DNA of 63,585 nucleotides, filler included, from Collodictyon triciliatum (GCA_043381765.1; 21 parts of 21 records of this genome joined end to end with filler, not necessarily neighbours in it), one strand, 5' to 3'; shown: positions 12,337-25,442, counted from the whole stretch's first letter. A program made the numbers and translations. The notes: a model not told the origin generated them from the sequence alone.

Positions 12337-14558
12337 ATGACCGACGCCACCGATCCTCTCGAAGAGCTACGAATCCTCACTGGAGACCGTGATATTGAGA
12401 AACTGCAAGGCAGAAAGTTTTTGGAATTGGTTGAGGGACACTTATGGTTCGTGCCTCGCGGTGTCTTTACATTGCCCAACTTACTGATCCTTGACCTTCG
12501 CTGCAATATGCTAAGATCGCTGCCGCCAGATATATCGTGCCTGTCGGGCCTTTTCATCCTTTCTGTCGGGGGAAATCGGCTTACATATTTACCCTCAGAA
12601 ATATCACACCTTACACGTCTCACATGGCTCAGTGCTGAGAACAATCTACTCTGCTCGCTTCCAGAAGGAATCTCGTGTTTATCATTCCTGTGCCGCCTTC
12701 AAGTAAGCAACAATTATCTTACTTCTTTCCAGCCAGACATGTTATGTCCAAAGCATCTGTATCATTTAGATCTTGGATGCAATAAACTATCAGCTTTATC
12801 CAGAGAAATATCCTGCTTGACACACCTAAGGCTATTGTGTCTCGGTCGTAACAGACTTTCGTCACTGCCGCCAGAAATATCGCACTTGGTCAATCTAGAG
12901 AATATGAATATAGTTGGCTCTGAATTGACTTCATTACCAGCAGAAGTTCTTTATTTGACAAAACTTTCAGAATTAGGTATTAGTAAGAATAGCATTTCCT
13001 CTTTACCTGAAGGAATATCACGCCTGACGAATCTCGTATCTTTTCATATGAAAAGTAACAGCATATCTTCACTGCCTATGCAAATATCCTATTTGACATG
13101 CATTACATCCATTCAAATGAAGGGAAACGGGTTCTCCTATTTTCCTATACAAATATCGCCATTAACAGGTATTAAAGAACTCAACTTTACTTACAACCGG
13201 ATGGAATTTCTGCCTCCAGAAATATCTTGCTTCGAGTTAATTGAAAAGCTAAATATGAGCTCCAACAACATAGATTACCTTCCACCCGAAATATCAGCCT
13301 TGACAAGCCTCACAAATATGATGTTATCTCATAACCAGCTATCATATCTTCCGCCAGAAATATCATGTCTAACAAATCTTATAGAGTTAGGGGTTTCATG
13401 GAATCCGCTGTTCTCTTTGCCACCTGAAATATCATATTTGACAAAACTGAGTTGGTTTGATATCTCTGTATGCTCGGTGAGTAAGTTCGTCAGGAACGAC
13501 CTCTTTTTTTTAAAAATATATATATTTTGACCATCAAATTACTCTCATTTAAATCGAATGGTCTATTAGCAGATCGTGTACTTGTGTGTTCGCTAACACT
13601 CATTAGAGAATGGGGCTCAAACATATTTACCTGTAGATAAATGAGCTTCCACCACAAATAACAGCTCTCGTAAATTTGTATGAGTTTTATATCATGCATG
13701 GGGGAAGTGTGGACGTTCTGGGAGCACCTCGCGGAGTGACAAATCTCCCGTGCTGGGATAACACAAATATGCCGCATGGAGATATGAGGATAAGCTTCGC
13801 AGACGCTCTCCAGAGACTTGATTTATACGATACGGTAACTAAATCGGCCATATTTTTACTAAGCACTCGCTTCTATCCAAAAATAATGTTCATAAAAATA
13901 ATGAAAAATTAACTTTTTGGTTTTGCTATTGTATTACGGTCCTAACATAATGAATTTTAACAGATTGGCTCCATAGCCGAGCCAGGTTGGACACCGAACG
14001 AAATCCAAGTCAGACTTGAGAATGTGAATTTATTTGGAATGAAGCTAACATCGCTTCCAGAGAGCATTTCGCTGCTAACCGCTTTAACTTTCTTAAGCCT
14101 CGAGCAAAACTCGGTAATTCCTAATCATCCAAATAATATTGTATGAAACATATATCTTATATACTACCTACAGTTCGTTGAGTTCCCTGGGCCTGTTTGT
14201 TACATCACGTCGCTCATAAGTTTGAATGTTTCAAGCAACAGGGTATGCAAATGCAAAATTAAAAGGCATGATATATTCCCTGCTAGAATAAAACGTGTAA
14301 AGGGTCTGGTAAATTGTTTAAACCCACTCTAGCTCACTGAAATTCCTGAATCTATCAATCGGCTTCAGAATATCGAAGAATTATGTCTCGAATATAACAT
14401 GGTAAGGACCCTGACTAAGTCGTAGAAACACGGTATATTATTATCCAGTTCTTTTATCATTCTCATTGCCATTTTTTTCTAGAGGATATTGATGGCTATA
14501 TATTTGTTAATCATTCTTTATGCAGATTCAGAAGCTGCCAATATTTCACTCGAACTGA
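12337..14558 (+). CDS. Leucine-rich repeat protein (23-aa LRRs)
   Basis: Exons 12337-13476, 13637-13834, 13964-14113, 14174-14242, 14333-14401, 14526-14558 join in frame; LxxLPxEIxxLxxLxxLxLxxN repeats. Confidence 0.88.
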
Positions 14559-14710
14559 GACCCATGAGGTGATTTCGAACTTATTTATGTCTATAAAGTG
14601 ATGACTTTCTGAATAATGCTTCTTTTTTATTCAACACCTTTTAATCTCTCGACACTATAACAAAAGAAGGTTTGGAACTATGGAGTGATTCTTAAATTGT
14701 CGGCCTCATC

Positions 14711-14732
14711 CTTTGAATCGGATAAAAGGGGG
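14711..14732 (+). mobile_element. Family A micro-retroinsertion with degenerate TSD
   Basis: CTTTGAATCGGATAAAAGGGGG between AAATTGTCGGCCTCATC (14694-14710) and AAATGTAGGCCTTGTC (14733-14748). Confidence 0.65.
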
Positions 14733-15683
14733 AAATGTAGGCCTTGTCTCTTTTTCTTTTTCTTGTCGGATTTTCATTTCAAATACTATTTAATTGGAAC
14801 AACACTATTATCATCTCACACGTAATCTTTATATTGTTTAGCTCGTTTGTGAAGCGTTAATTTATTTATTTGCGCATTTATTCATTTATTCATTTATTCA
14901 TTTACTCATTTACTCATTTATTCATTTATTCATTTATTCATTTATTCATTTATTCATTTATTCAACCTGCAACCTCCTGGCGCAAACGGTTATAAAAGCA
15001 CGGATATATTGCGACTGATAGCAGCCATCAAGCTCAGGAATTACAAAAGCCTTCATCAATAAATGATTAAATCTTAGGAATGATTAATGAAACTAGTTGA
15101 TTGCGGGGATGTGAGAAAACAAAGCAACTCTCCTAGAATCCTTGTTTCACTTCCCGACCTCTGCTATCGCCCATAAGCACCATCATCTAACAAAGCCCTT
15201 CTCTAACTCCCATTTCACGTACACACGATCTATTTCAGTATCAATTTTTTAAGCATTTTTTTTAGTTTTTTTTAGTTTTTTNNNNNNNNNNNNNNNNNNN
15301 NNNNNNNNNNNNNNNNNNNNNNNNNTTAATTAATTAANNNNNNNNNNNNNNNNNNNNNNNNNNNNNNNNNNNNNNNNNNNNATATTTTCTTTTTCTATTT
15401 ATATTTTCTTTTTGTACTTGTTTTTGTACTTGTTTTTGTACTTGTTTTTGTACTTGTTTTTGTACTTGTTTTTGTACTTGTTTTTGTACTTGTTTTTGTA
15501 CTTGTTTTTGTACTTGTTTTTGTTTTTGTTTTTGTTTTTGTTTTTGTTCTTGTTCTTGTTCTTGTTTTTGTTCTTGTTCTTGTTCTTGTTCGTGTTCGTG
15601 TTCGTGTTCTTTTTAAAAAGTAATAATAAATGGTTAATGAAAGTGTTTTTACTTTCTTCTAACTCTTAATATAAAATAAAAAG

Positions 15684-17361
15684 AATATGAAACTTTCCGA
15701 CGCTGTCTCTGGCCTGGAAGATGAGATGGAAAAGATTAACAAGGAGAATCAAGAACTTCGTGATACTTTAACAAAGCTAAATCTGATGGGAAGTGAAATG
15801 CTCCCCCAATCAAAAGATAGTCCTATCGCTCATATAAGTGAAATTGCTTCTTCAGGAGAGAATACGTATATTTTCAACTCCCTTATGAAATACTACCCTT
15901 TTTTTTTTTTTTTCTAATTTGTGTGATATTGAACATGAATTTTATATTCGGGTTTATCCTATTGTAAGTAGATCCTAATATCTTTTCTTTTAGCCGCGAA
16001 ACCACGCCACCTCACAGTTTCAAACTGCACACAATTCCTGGCCCCATGCTCCGCGACAATGCAATCACTGAATTTTCGCGTCCAATACCAGAAATAAAAC
16101 CAGACTCAACCCTGCCGGTTGCACAACCTTGGAGTCGACCAGCATCGAGTTTACCAACGCCAAGTGAGACCTTCAGATTAAATACTATAACGATGACACC
16201 AACTGCGGAAAACGCAGAATGCCTCGTCTTTCATGGCCCACAGCAGAATCAAAATCAATGTGAGCTTGGAAACAAATCTTCTTTGTCACCAACATCATCA
16301 GAGATGGAAGATTCTTTTTCAATCTTGCTTGACTCGCCCTATAACTTATCTTTGAAGAAAACTGCCTCTAATTCAATCAATATTTCGACAAAGAAGATGA
16401 ATACACATGAGGTTAGTATAGACAAAGGAGAATCAACACTTCGCCCTCATATGAAACTAGATTTTGATGACCATAAGTTACTGAACGATGATGTAGAGAC
16501 GATGCAAACAACTTTCTCTTCGAATGATACTCAAAACACTATCCAATTGAAACAAAACATTTCTTCTTTTCCAACAAATATCCAAAATCAGAATATTTAC
16601 AATGTTGAATTAACCCAGCCAATTACTCAATCATCGTTAACTCCAACCATTACATCAACACCAAATACCAAGCAGCCTATGCTTCAATCAAACCATTTCA
16701 TTCCATACTCTCCAGTAATGGCCCCAGTCTATAGGACATATGGCCCACATATCACGACCACCCACGCTTCTCAAATATCTGCCTTTTCGACACCATCTGC
16801 TTCCCTGTGAGTCCAAATATCTCTTTTCTTTTTCTTTTTCTTTTTCTTTAAACGCATTTATTGTCTTACGTCTTGTTCCTACAATCTGTGCACATATACA
16901 CATACAATATAATTTTAAAATTTTTGTTAATTCATGTTTAAAAAAAAAACTACGCTTACAATATACTCAAATGAATTAGCTCGGTTGTACCTGCGTCCAC
17001 GTCTCTGTATTCTGCAACGTCTTTGACTTACTTAAACCCCTCATCCTCCCCGACAATCCCCTATTTTTCAAGCCCACTTCCCTCTTCCAGGCCTGGAGGG
17101 TCGTCTGTTACCCCGCAGCTGCCAGGTTCTGTGCATAATCCACATTTTAGCAATCTAAACATAACATCGTCTCCATCTTTGGGTTCAATGCCGACACTCC
17201 TCACCTCCTCGGCTGGAAATTATGCACAACCCCTGCCATCGATGCAGCAAACACAGCCACAGCCACAGCCACAGCCACAGCGAACTCTGGGGAGGTCGTG
17301 GTCGCACAACCCGAATGTCTTTGTGACAACGCCATCTTCATGGGCTCCGCTGCGGAGTTAA
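15684..17361 (+). CDS. 3' part of a coiled-coil + Ser/Thr/Pro-rich protein
   Basis: Exons ~15684-15864, 15994-16806, 16980-17361 with GT-AG boundaries; ends at TAA. Confidence 0.6.
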
Positions 17362-17583
17362 CCACACCGATATATTCTACGTGATGTTCAAACCGCCGGC
17401 AAGCTTCTCTTTTTTTTCATTTTTGTGCAATACTTTGCACATCGCTTTGTTATTTAATCACTGGCATAAAAATAAACATACCCCCCAATTTTTGATAAAT
17501 ACCATCGGAACTCTGTCTATCATCTTCTATCTCTCTTCTCCTGGGTGTATGCAACAATTGTGATCTATATAAATGGTGTTGTT

Positions 17584-18361
17584 TCTCCCTTATTCGATTC
17601 AAAGTACAGAAAGGTTAAGTCGTACAAAGGGCGAGTAATAAGAGTATGATAGATAGCGGGTGCGGGCAGAAGATTAGTGGAAGAAGCCACCACCGGAAAG
17701 AATTGTTGATACCGAGTTTGTTCAGGCGGGCGACCCACCTTTCGCTGGTGGTCAGAGCAGTGAAGAATGTGGGCGTGTTTCAGCAAGCTAATCTACAAAC
17801 TGGTTTGCACAAGGCTCTCTTTTCCGTAGGATGGTTTCAAGTGCTTCGTGGTTCACATAGTCGTATGCTTTCTCCAGGTCGTAGAAAATCATAGTGCGAG
17901 GTGTCTCGCTTACTTGATATTCCATGTACTCTTTGTTGACAACCCAGATGTTTGTGTCGATGTTCCTTCCGTTCATGAAGCCAATCTGCTATTTGGATAT
18001 GAGTTTGTCAGCAATGGGTGATATGCGATTTCTGAGTAGCGTCGTAAATATCTTGTAGTCGTTATTCAACAGCAATATTGGCCGCCAGTCTACAAGATTG
18101 CTCGAGTTTCCTTTCTTTGGTATCAGCCGCACCGTGGCCTCTGTAAATCCTTGTGGTAGGTCGCCACCAGACATGATTCCATTCAGAAAAGTCACTAAGG
18201 ATGCCTTGACCTCATTAAAGAAAGCAGAGGATATTCCGTTGGGCAGCGTGTCTGAGCCTGGCGCCTTTCCGTTGTGCAGCGACTTGACCGCTTTCCACAA
18301 TTCGCCTGCATCTATTGGTGCTATCATGCTGGCTGCTTGCGAGGGTGAAGCCTTAGAGCAG
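17584..18361 (-). mobile_element. Degenerate, internally deleted L1/Tx1-like LINE (family A): RT fragment joined to the 3' terminus
   Basis: KAPGSD..P, LIPKKG...DWRPILLLNNDYKIF, *QIGFMNGRNIDTNI, DLEKAYDYVNH are non-LTR RT motifs; in-frame stops present. Ends ...TACTTTGAATCGAATAAGGGAGAAA. Confidence 0.9.
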
Positions 18362-18461
18362 NNNNNNNNNNNNNNNNNNNNNNNNNNNNNNNNNNNNNNN
18401 NNNNNTTAATTAATTAANNNNNNNNNNNNNNNNNNNNNNNNNNNNNNNNNNNNNNNNNNNN

Positions 18462-20507
18462 CCATTCCGTGCATGTACGGGACGTTAAACGGGGGATAAC
18501 CCACAGGCATCATTTGCGCCATCGGGTGTGGCGTCGGATACGCAACATATTGATGGTGCACAGGGACAGGAACCACGGAAGAGGCACTTGTCGGGAATGA
18601 ATATCCAGAGCTTATTAAGGATGGGTGGGTTGTTGAATTGAGCGGAGGAACGCCCATAGCGGGAAAAGCTGCCGGATTCACCGAGGCAGTTTGGGGGGCG
18701 TAGGGGTTCTGTGTATTTTCACCGGGTTTTGGTGGGTTGGATTGCCTGGATTCTTTAGTAAACTGCCTCAAGTCAGCAGGCGTCAGCAGCTGCAAAAGGA
18801 TATCATGGTTGAATGGTCAATATTTCAATATGTGCACACCGCCCGTTGAAGTAATGTATTAATGATAATGCAATCATAAAGGTAGTAATATAAAAAAATG
18901 ATAATATAGCTAGTAAAGTTATTCATGGAGTTTCATATAGACTTTAATTTGTCTAAATATAAAATCATAAGCATACTTACCATAGCATGTGGCTGGATTG
19001 GATTGATTTGCTGATTCGCTGATTTTCCAGATACTCCTATGATGCAATTGAATCAACACATACAGCAAGAATAAAATGTACTCTATTCAAAACGAAGATA
19101 CTTTGATTTCCGCGAATCATTTATACCATGAAACACCCAAAGAAAATATTGGCACGATGACTTACGGTTGGATGCATCAGATCTGCTTGAAGTGGGACCA
19201 ACGTTGCTTTGTTGAGTGGTCGTAACAAAGTTTGATGAGCTTCCTTGGCCCGATTCGGCAAGAAATGTCGTCTTGAGAATCTCACTACGACCATGGGTTG
19301 GGGAAAGCACAACAGAGGCATAGTGACCAGCTACTGGGTTAGTATGCACAGGCGGGAGGGGAGGAGGCAGTAGCCCAAATCCAGTTGAAGGGGTGCCGTA
19401 GGTCGGAGAAATGAGCCCGACTGCATTTGTACCCACTGAAGCCCCTCCGATATTTTCAACAATAAATGGGCTCTTCATAGGTGGTTTTGGATGTGTTGGC
19501 GCAGGTGCAGACTTTTCCTTGGTAGAAGTGGGATTGGTTGGCGACTTGTCAACCGCAGCTTTGGTATCCACAGGGTCTTTGGCAGGGGTCGGTACAGGTG
19601 TTGGCACGGGCACACACTTTTTCTTGGTAGAAGTGAGATTGGTTGGCGACTTGTCAACCTCAGCTTTGGTATCCACAGGGTCTTTGGCAGGGGTCGGTAC
19701 AGGTGTTGGTACGGGCACAGACTTTTTCTTGGTAGAGGTGGGATTGGTTGGCGACTTGTCAACCTCAGCTTTGGTATCCACAGGGTCTTTGGCAGGGGTC
19801 GGTACAGGTGTTGGCACGGGCACAGACTTTTTCTTGGTAGAGGTGGGATTGGTTGGCGACTTGTCAACCTCAGCTTTGGTATCCACAGGGTCTTTGGCAG
19901 GGGCCGGTACAGGTGTTGGCACGGGCACAGACTTTTTCTTGGTAGAGGTGAGATTAGTTGGTGACTTGTCAACCGCAGCTTTGGTATCCACAGGGTCTTT
20001 GGCAGGGGTCGGTACCGGTGTTGGGATGGGTGGTGATTTTTTCATTGTCGAGGTAGAATCGCTCTGCAAGGCTGCAAACATGGTACTCATAGCTCCCGGT
20101 CCTGCAATCACAGTTGGTGGTGTATTTCTCCTGGGTGGTATATACTTCTCTACTTCATTGGTGGTAGTGAGAAAGTTAGCATTCAAGGCCATAATGGAAT
20201 TGAAGCATTATGGCTGCATGTTTGGGATTTGATGTATTAGATATGTAGCCAAGAAATATACCCATAGGTGACTGCTTTCGATTTAAACCCGCTTGAAAAG
20301 CAGTATTGCCAGGAACTTTAGTATTGAAATTTTCTCCTTTCATAGCAGAGGAGGCAAAAGGTCCTTTGACTCTCGGTGGAGACATTTTGGGAGAAACCCT
20401 ATTAGCAGAGACGCCTTCGCTGCTAATGAACTTTCCAAATGGAGAGAAGTTGGACGACTTGTCTTCCATTACAGAATTTGGTTTCAAAGACGGAGTTATG
20501 CTCTTGT
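18462..20507 (-). CDS. Pro/Thr/Ser-rich low-complexity protein with 35-aa tandem repeats (partial)
   Basis: Exon 20507-20262 joins the long ORF through an intron ending near 20152 (branch-like GCTAAC); further exons extend to the contig edge. Confidence 0.6.
19507..20025 (-). repeat. 105-nt coding minisatellite, ~5 copies (KKKSVPVPTPVPTPAKDPVDTKAEVDKSPTNPTST)
   Basis: TTGGTATCCACAGGGTCTTTGGCAGGGG recurs at 19561, 19666, 19771, 19876 and 19981. Confidence 0.95.
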
Positions 20508-21332
20508 CTGCATTATAGAAGATTCGTAAGATATGGAAAAGAAGAGAAACATGAAAGAAAGAAAAAGGCCGCCATCACTATCTAAAACTAACTAGTAAAT
20601 TATGAGCATAGGAATAGTCTATGAAAATGAAATGATTAGAAAATATAGACCAAGGAGAATACCGTTTCCGTACATACTAGATATCACCACAGCCGTAGGT
20701 ATCAATCATAGAATGATTATTTGTAAGAAACGATAATGAGTACCAGATGAATCACTATAGAATTTGAACATGGTAGATAAAGAAAATATTTATTACTTGA
20801 AGAAACCTCCGATATTCTTCCGATTCTCAATAGCAAACTGAGGGGGAGGCATGTATTCAAGCACTTCAGTTTGGTGGTAATCGTCTCTTAATGACAAGTT
20901 TGAGCCCAGCCCTTTTCGAGGAGATTTCGGACCAGCCACCTTTTGTGTGAACATCCATTTGACTTTCATTCAAGAAATAGCGGAAAATGGGACAACCCTG
21001 ACCTGACAATCATCCCCTTTTCATATGCAAAGTAAATAATTATTTCTGTTATATAAACTTTGGCATACCGGTTGCAATGTGCGTCGAATATAGCTGATAT
21101 TAATAAAACTTTTGGGCGGTCTGCTGACGACTCGGCCATCGTCACACCTAAAGTATTAGCGTAAGAGTGTTAAAATAATTTGGTAGCGATGGAGCAGATT
21201 TTCAAGAATGGGACGACTAACGCACCAAGAATGTAGGTTGCTGCCGCATTGAACTTTACTTTCAAGTAGAACATCAATGGTCTGTCTTGGTCGGCTACGC
21301 AATATGGAAGGAATCAGCTTCGCAGTCGTTAA

Positions 21333-21432
<100 letters not shown>

Positions 21433-21532
21433 NNNNNNNNNNNNNNNNNNNNNNNNNNNNNNNNNNNNNNNNNNNNTTAATTAATTAANNNNNNNNNNNN
21501 NNNNNNNNNNNNNNNNNNNNNNNNNNNNNNNN

Positions 21533-21613
<81 letters not shown>

Positions 21614-24603
21614 TCTTTTTTTGTCTTTTTTCCATATATATATTTCAAACGCGCATCGAAAACCTCTGCTGAAGAGAAAGGTGATATATTCATAAACATA
21701 GCAAAAGGCCACAACAGCTGCTCGAGTTCCCGCTTATGTATTCACACTTGGACGAGGAGAACGATGTGAAGTATCTTCGCCTCTCGCAAATTGCCCAGTA
21801 TCTGACTCTTATTGAGGTATAAGCATACATTTTTGTTGTCGCACACCATCGAAAACAAGCTTTAATAATTTCACATACCAGCACTCACTCTCCATGAAAC
21901 CAATTTCATTCAACTGCACCCACCTAGGCATCTGCTATCATTCTATTTTTTTCCTTATCATTTTTCTTTTCCTTTCTGTTGCATTATTTTTTTTTACCTA
22001 AAATTACCTTTTTTTTATTTTTATTTTGTTTCTGTTTCTTTTCATACTATTTTCATAACACTTTGATTTCTTTTCATCTCTTTTATTTCTATTTCTCTTT
22101 CTTTTCCATTTTTCTCTTCCATATATCTTTTGCTACTATTTTTATCTGTAGTTTTACATGTAATATATTTGAAAGAAGAAGAAGAAGAAGAAAAAAAAAA
22201 GAAGAGAAACAACCTCTTTTCGTAGATGATCCATTTGCACTTGCTCGACCACGACTTGCTCGTGCTGATGCTACGCGGCTTTCACCTGGTTAGCTCTTAT
22301 CTTGCACATTACCGAGACGCCTTTTATTTTATTTCATCTTCGCGGGGCCATTGAGGGGCTTGTCCCCACCGCGCGAATTCAGACTCGATATTTTTGAAAA
22401 GAATAAGGCTGAACAACCTCGTCATTTACGCACCCGTAGGCGCTTCTTTATCGCTGGCCGATTATATCTCTCCAGTCGTCATGGTTCGTCTCCTCCGTGC
22501 TTTTCTCGAACGTGTCCATCATCGGGATCCACTGCTTCTTCCGAGTCAAGAATTCAGTCTTCCTTGATTACATCACCGACCATGACGGTATAACTCATCT
22601 CATACAGTTCATTACAGAGTGGGAGTGAGGGAAAAAGAAAAACATCAAACAGTTTACTTTTTCATGACAACAAACTATTCAGAGAATTATCATGGTCATA
22701 TCTTTTACATGGTACATAACTTGCGCCTCTTTTCTCCCAGCTGCGCCAGCATCGGTGGTCCATTTGATCTTTGTCGATGTAGTTATTGCTGGTTTGCAAG
22801 CTCTTCACATATGGAGTCGGGTTCGCAGCTACCGTTCTCACTCCCGCGTCGGTCGAAACGAGGATTGAATAGCAGCTTTGGGCCAACCCTTGTTTTTGCC
22901 TTCTCATTCTCTGTTTCTTTCGCTTTCTTATCTGATGCCATCCATCCGGTTGCTGTTGATAGACTTTCATCCCCGCAGAAGAAGAAGAAAAGGAGGAGGA
23001 GAAGAAGAAGAAGAAGAAGAAGAAGAAGGAATATAAGTATATAAAGATAAAGAATGATATTAACCAAGCCATGAAGACTCTATCGTCTGCCACCGGCCTT
23101 CCATGCAAGATAAACTAAGGCAATCGCATGTCATTCTCGCACAACCGCATACACAAGACCAAAACCAAACTTGCGATTTGTTGGCTGGTGAGAATCATCA
23201 GAGCTGCGTATCAATGGGATTTCCTCTGCATGGAGAAAAAGAACTATGGTCGTTTCTCTGCGGATCTAGACAGAAGCAGGAGAGCCCCTTTGCTGAGCAG
23301 AGTGCCGCATAATCGCTTCATCTTTTCTTTTTCCTTTTCCTTTTTCTTTTCCTTTTCCTTTTTCTTTTCCTTTTCCTTTTCCTTTTTCTTTTCTTTTCTT
23401 TTTCTTTACTTTTTTCTTTACTTTTTTCTTTACTTTTTTTCTTTACTTTTTCCCTTTTCTTTTTCTTCTTTTCTTTTTCTTTTCTTTTCTTTTTCTTCTT
23501 TTCTTTTTCTTTTTCTTCTTTTCTTTTTCTTTTCCATTTCTTTTCCATTTCTTTTCTTTGCTTTTTTCTTTTCTTTACTTTTTTCTTTACTTTTTCCCTT
23601 TTCTTTTTCTTCTTTTCTTTTTCTTTTATGTTTTTCATTTTTCCTTTTATGTTTTCCTTTTCCTTTTCCTTTTCCTTTTCCTTTTCCTTTTCCTTTTCCT
23701 ATTCCTTTTCCTTTTCCTTTTCCTTTTCCTTTTCCTTTTCCTTTTCCTTTTCCTTCTCCTTCTCCTTTTCTTTTACATTTCTCGCGATTAAACTGAACTT
23801 TACAGAAGACGGCCATGGACAGGATGCAGAGGTTGGTTGTTGCGATAGGCGGGGCTGCTTTGGCGCTCCGTCTGGGCTTTGCTTTTTCGCCGAGGCTGCA
23901 CATCTACACGCGTCGAGCAGCGTTGATTCTTGGCGCGTTGGCGTCTGTGTCGTGGCGCCGATTCTGGAAGGGGCCTTTGCAGCCCGGTTGGCCGTTTTTG
24001 CTGGAGGTCATCCTCAAAGTCATGCGCTCTGGCCCGGCACCGGTTTCGATTCAGTCTCTTGTGAGGATTGCTCAGCCTCGTCACAAACAGCGTTGGCTCT
24101 TTTTTCCTTTTTTTTCCTTTTTCATTCTTTTTTCATTCTTTTTTCATTCTTTTTTCATTCTTTTTTCATTCTTTTTTCATTCTTTTTCAATTTTTTGGGG
24201 TAGTAATTCTTTATCACCGCCGCTGCATAATTATCATAGTCATCCTTGTTGTGCTTAAATCTTTTTTATCTTTTTATCTTTTTATCTTTTTATCTTTTTA
24301 TCTTTTTTTATCTTTTATCTTTTTTTATCTTTTTTTTATCTTTTTTTATCTTTTTTATCTTTTTTATCTTTTTTTTGTCTTTTTTTATCTTTTTTATCTT
24401 TTTTATCTTTTTTATCTTTTTTATCTTTTTTATCTTTTTTATCTTTTTTATCTTTTTTTATTTTTTTTATCTTTTTTATCTTTTTTATCTTTTTTATCTT
24501 TTTNNNNNNNNNNNNNNNNNNNNNNNNNNNNNNNNNNNNNNNNNNNNTTAATTAATTAANNNNNNNNNNNNNNNNNNNNNNNNNNNNNNNNNNNNNNNNN
24601 NNN

Positions 24604-24852
24604 TTTTTTTCATGCGCTGTGTTGGTGGTAATGAGACGCCTTAGGGAATGCGAATTTGTCCGAGTCTCCTTTACGAAAGGAATCCTCTCGGCTGCCATCA
24701 CGTCCACGCAGCAGTTTATCCTGGTTGGCACAGAGGACGGTGTACTCAACATCGTGACATTTGTGCCTACGCATCCGCACGCATCCCCACCGATTTCGTT
24801 TGCGCGACGAACGAGCTCGAACTCAAATCGTACCACTTCCTTTTCATCTTAA
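24604..24852 (+). CDS. C-terminal end of a WD40 protein, possibly BEACH-family
   Basis: ILSAAITSTQQFILVGTEDGVLNIV resembles the last WD blade of BEACH proteins; short fragment only. Confidence 0.35.
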   Translation, partial: FFSCAVLVVMRRLRECEFVRVSFTKGILSAAITSTQQFILVGTEDGVLNIVTFVPTHPHASPPISFARRTSSNSNRTTSFSS

Positions 24853-25219
24853 GCGCCTTCCTCTCAGCCTCCCTTTCATTCACTATTTCACTTGCATCTT
24901 TGCTGGCACTTTCACTTACACCGACAGACTCATTCACCCCCTCCGCTTCTAACTCGTTTCAATCTGATATAAAGAACATCATAACGAAATACGTGCCCCC
25001 CCCAGAAAATCGTGCTGGTGTCTTGGACGCAAACGCGGTCCGACGAGGAGCAGGTAACTGATGAGCCAGGTTCTCTTTGACCTTTCCCCGGGTTTTTTTC
25101 TTTGGCAGCTAAAAAAAAAAAACCAGCTCGAATATGGATTTACAGAAACTGGGGAATCGGCCCCTGCGTGCAGCTACAGTCACACCAGCTGGAATGCATA
25201 TTAAGATTGTATTCATTTT

Positions 25220-25247
25220 ACTTTGAATCGAATAAAGGGAAAAAAAA
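25220..25247 (+). mobile_element. Family A micro-retroinsertion with 17-bp TSD
   Basis: ACTTTGAATCGAATAAAGGG-A8 between AAGATTGTATTCATTTT (25203-25219) and AAGATTGTATTAATTTT (25248-25264); pre-insertion site TT/AAG. Confidence 0.85.
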
Positions 25248-25442
25248 AAGATTGTATTAATTTTCTCTGCAGAGACCCTTTTCATTTAGTTTTCATTTGA
25301 TCCCATGTGATATTCATTGAAGAATTTATTGTGACGAGGAAAAAGGAAGGAATGGAGGGAAGGAAGAGGAAAAGTTAAAAAAAAATTGAAGGAGGAATTG
25401 AAAGGGAGTGAAGAAAAAGGGAAGTGGTGTTCAATCGGCAAA

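Noticed and set aside
20150-20262. Apparent programmed frameshift between ORFs 20176-20487 and 19083-20192
   Set aside because: Explained by a GT-AG intron with a GCTAAC branch-like site.
21718-21817. Exon ending IAQYLTLIE resembling a RasGEF domain start
   Set aside because: Downstream exons could not be joined into a RasGEF domain.
23310-23780. Long Lys/Phe/Ser-rich ORFs here and at most contig ends
   Set aside because: Translations of microsatellite and polypyrimidine tracts, not genes.
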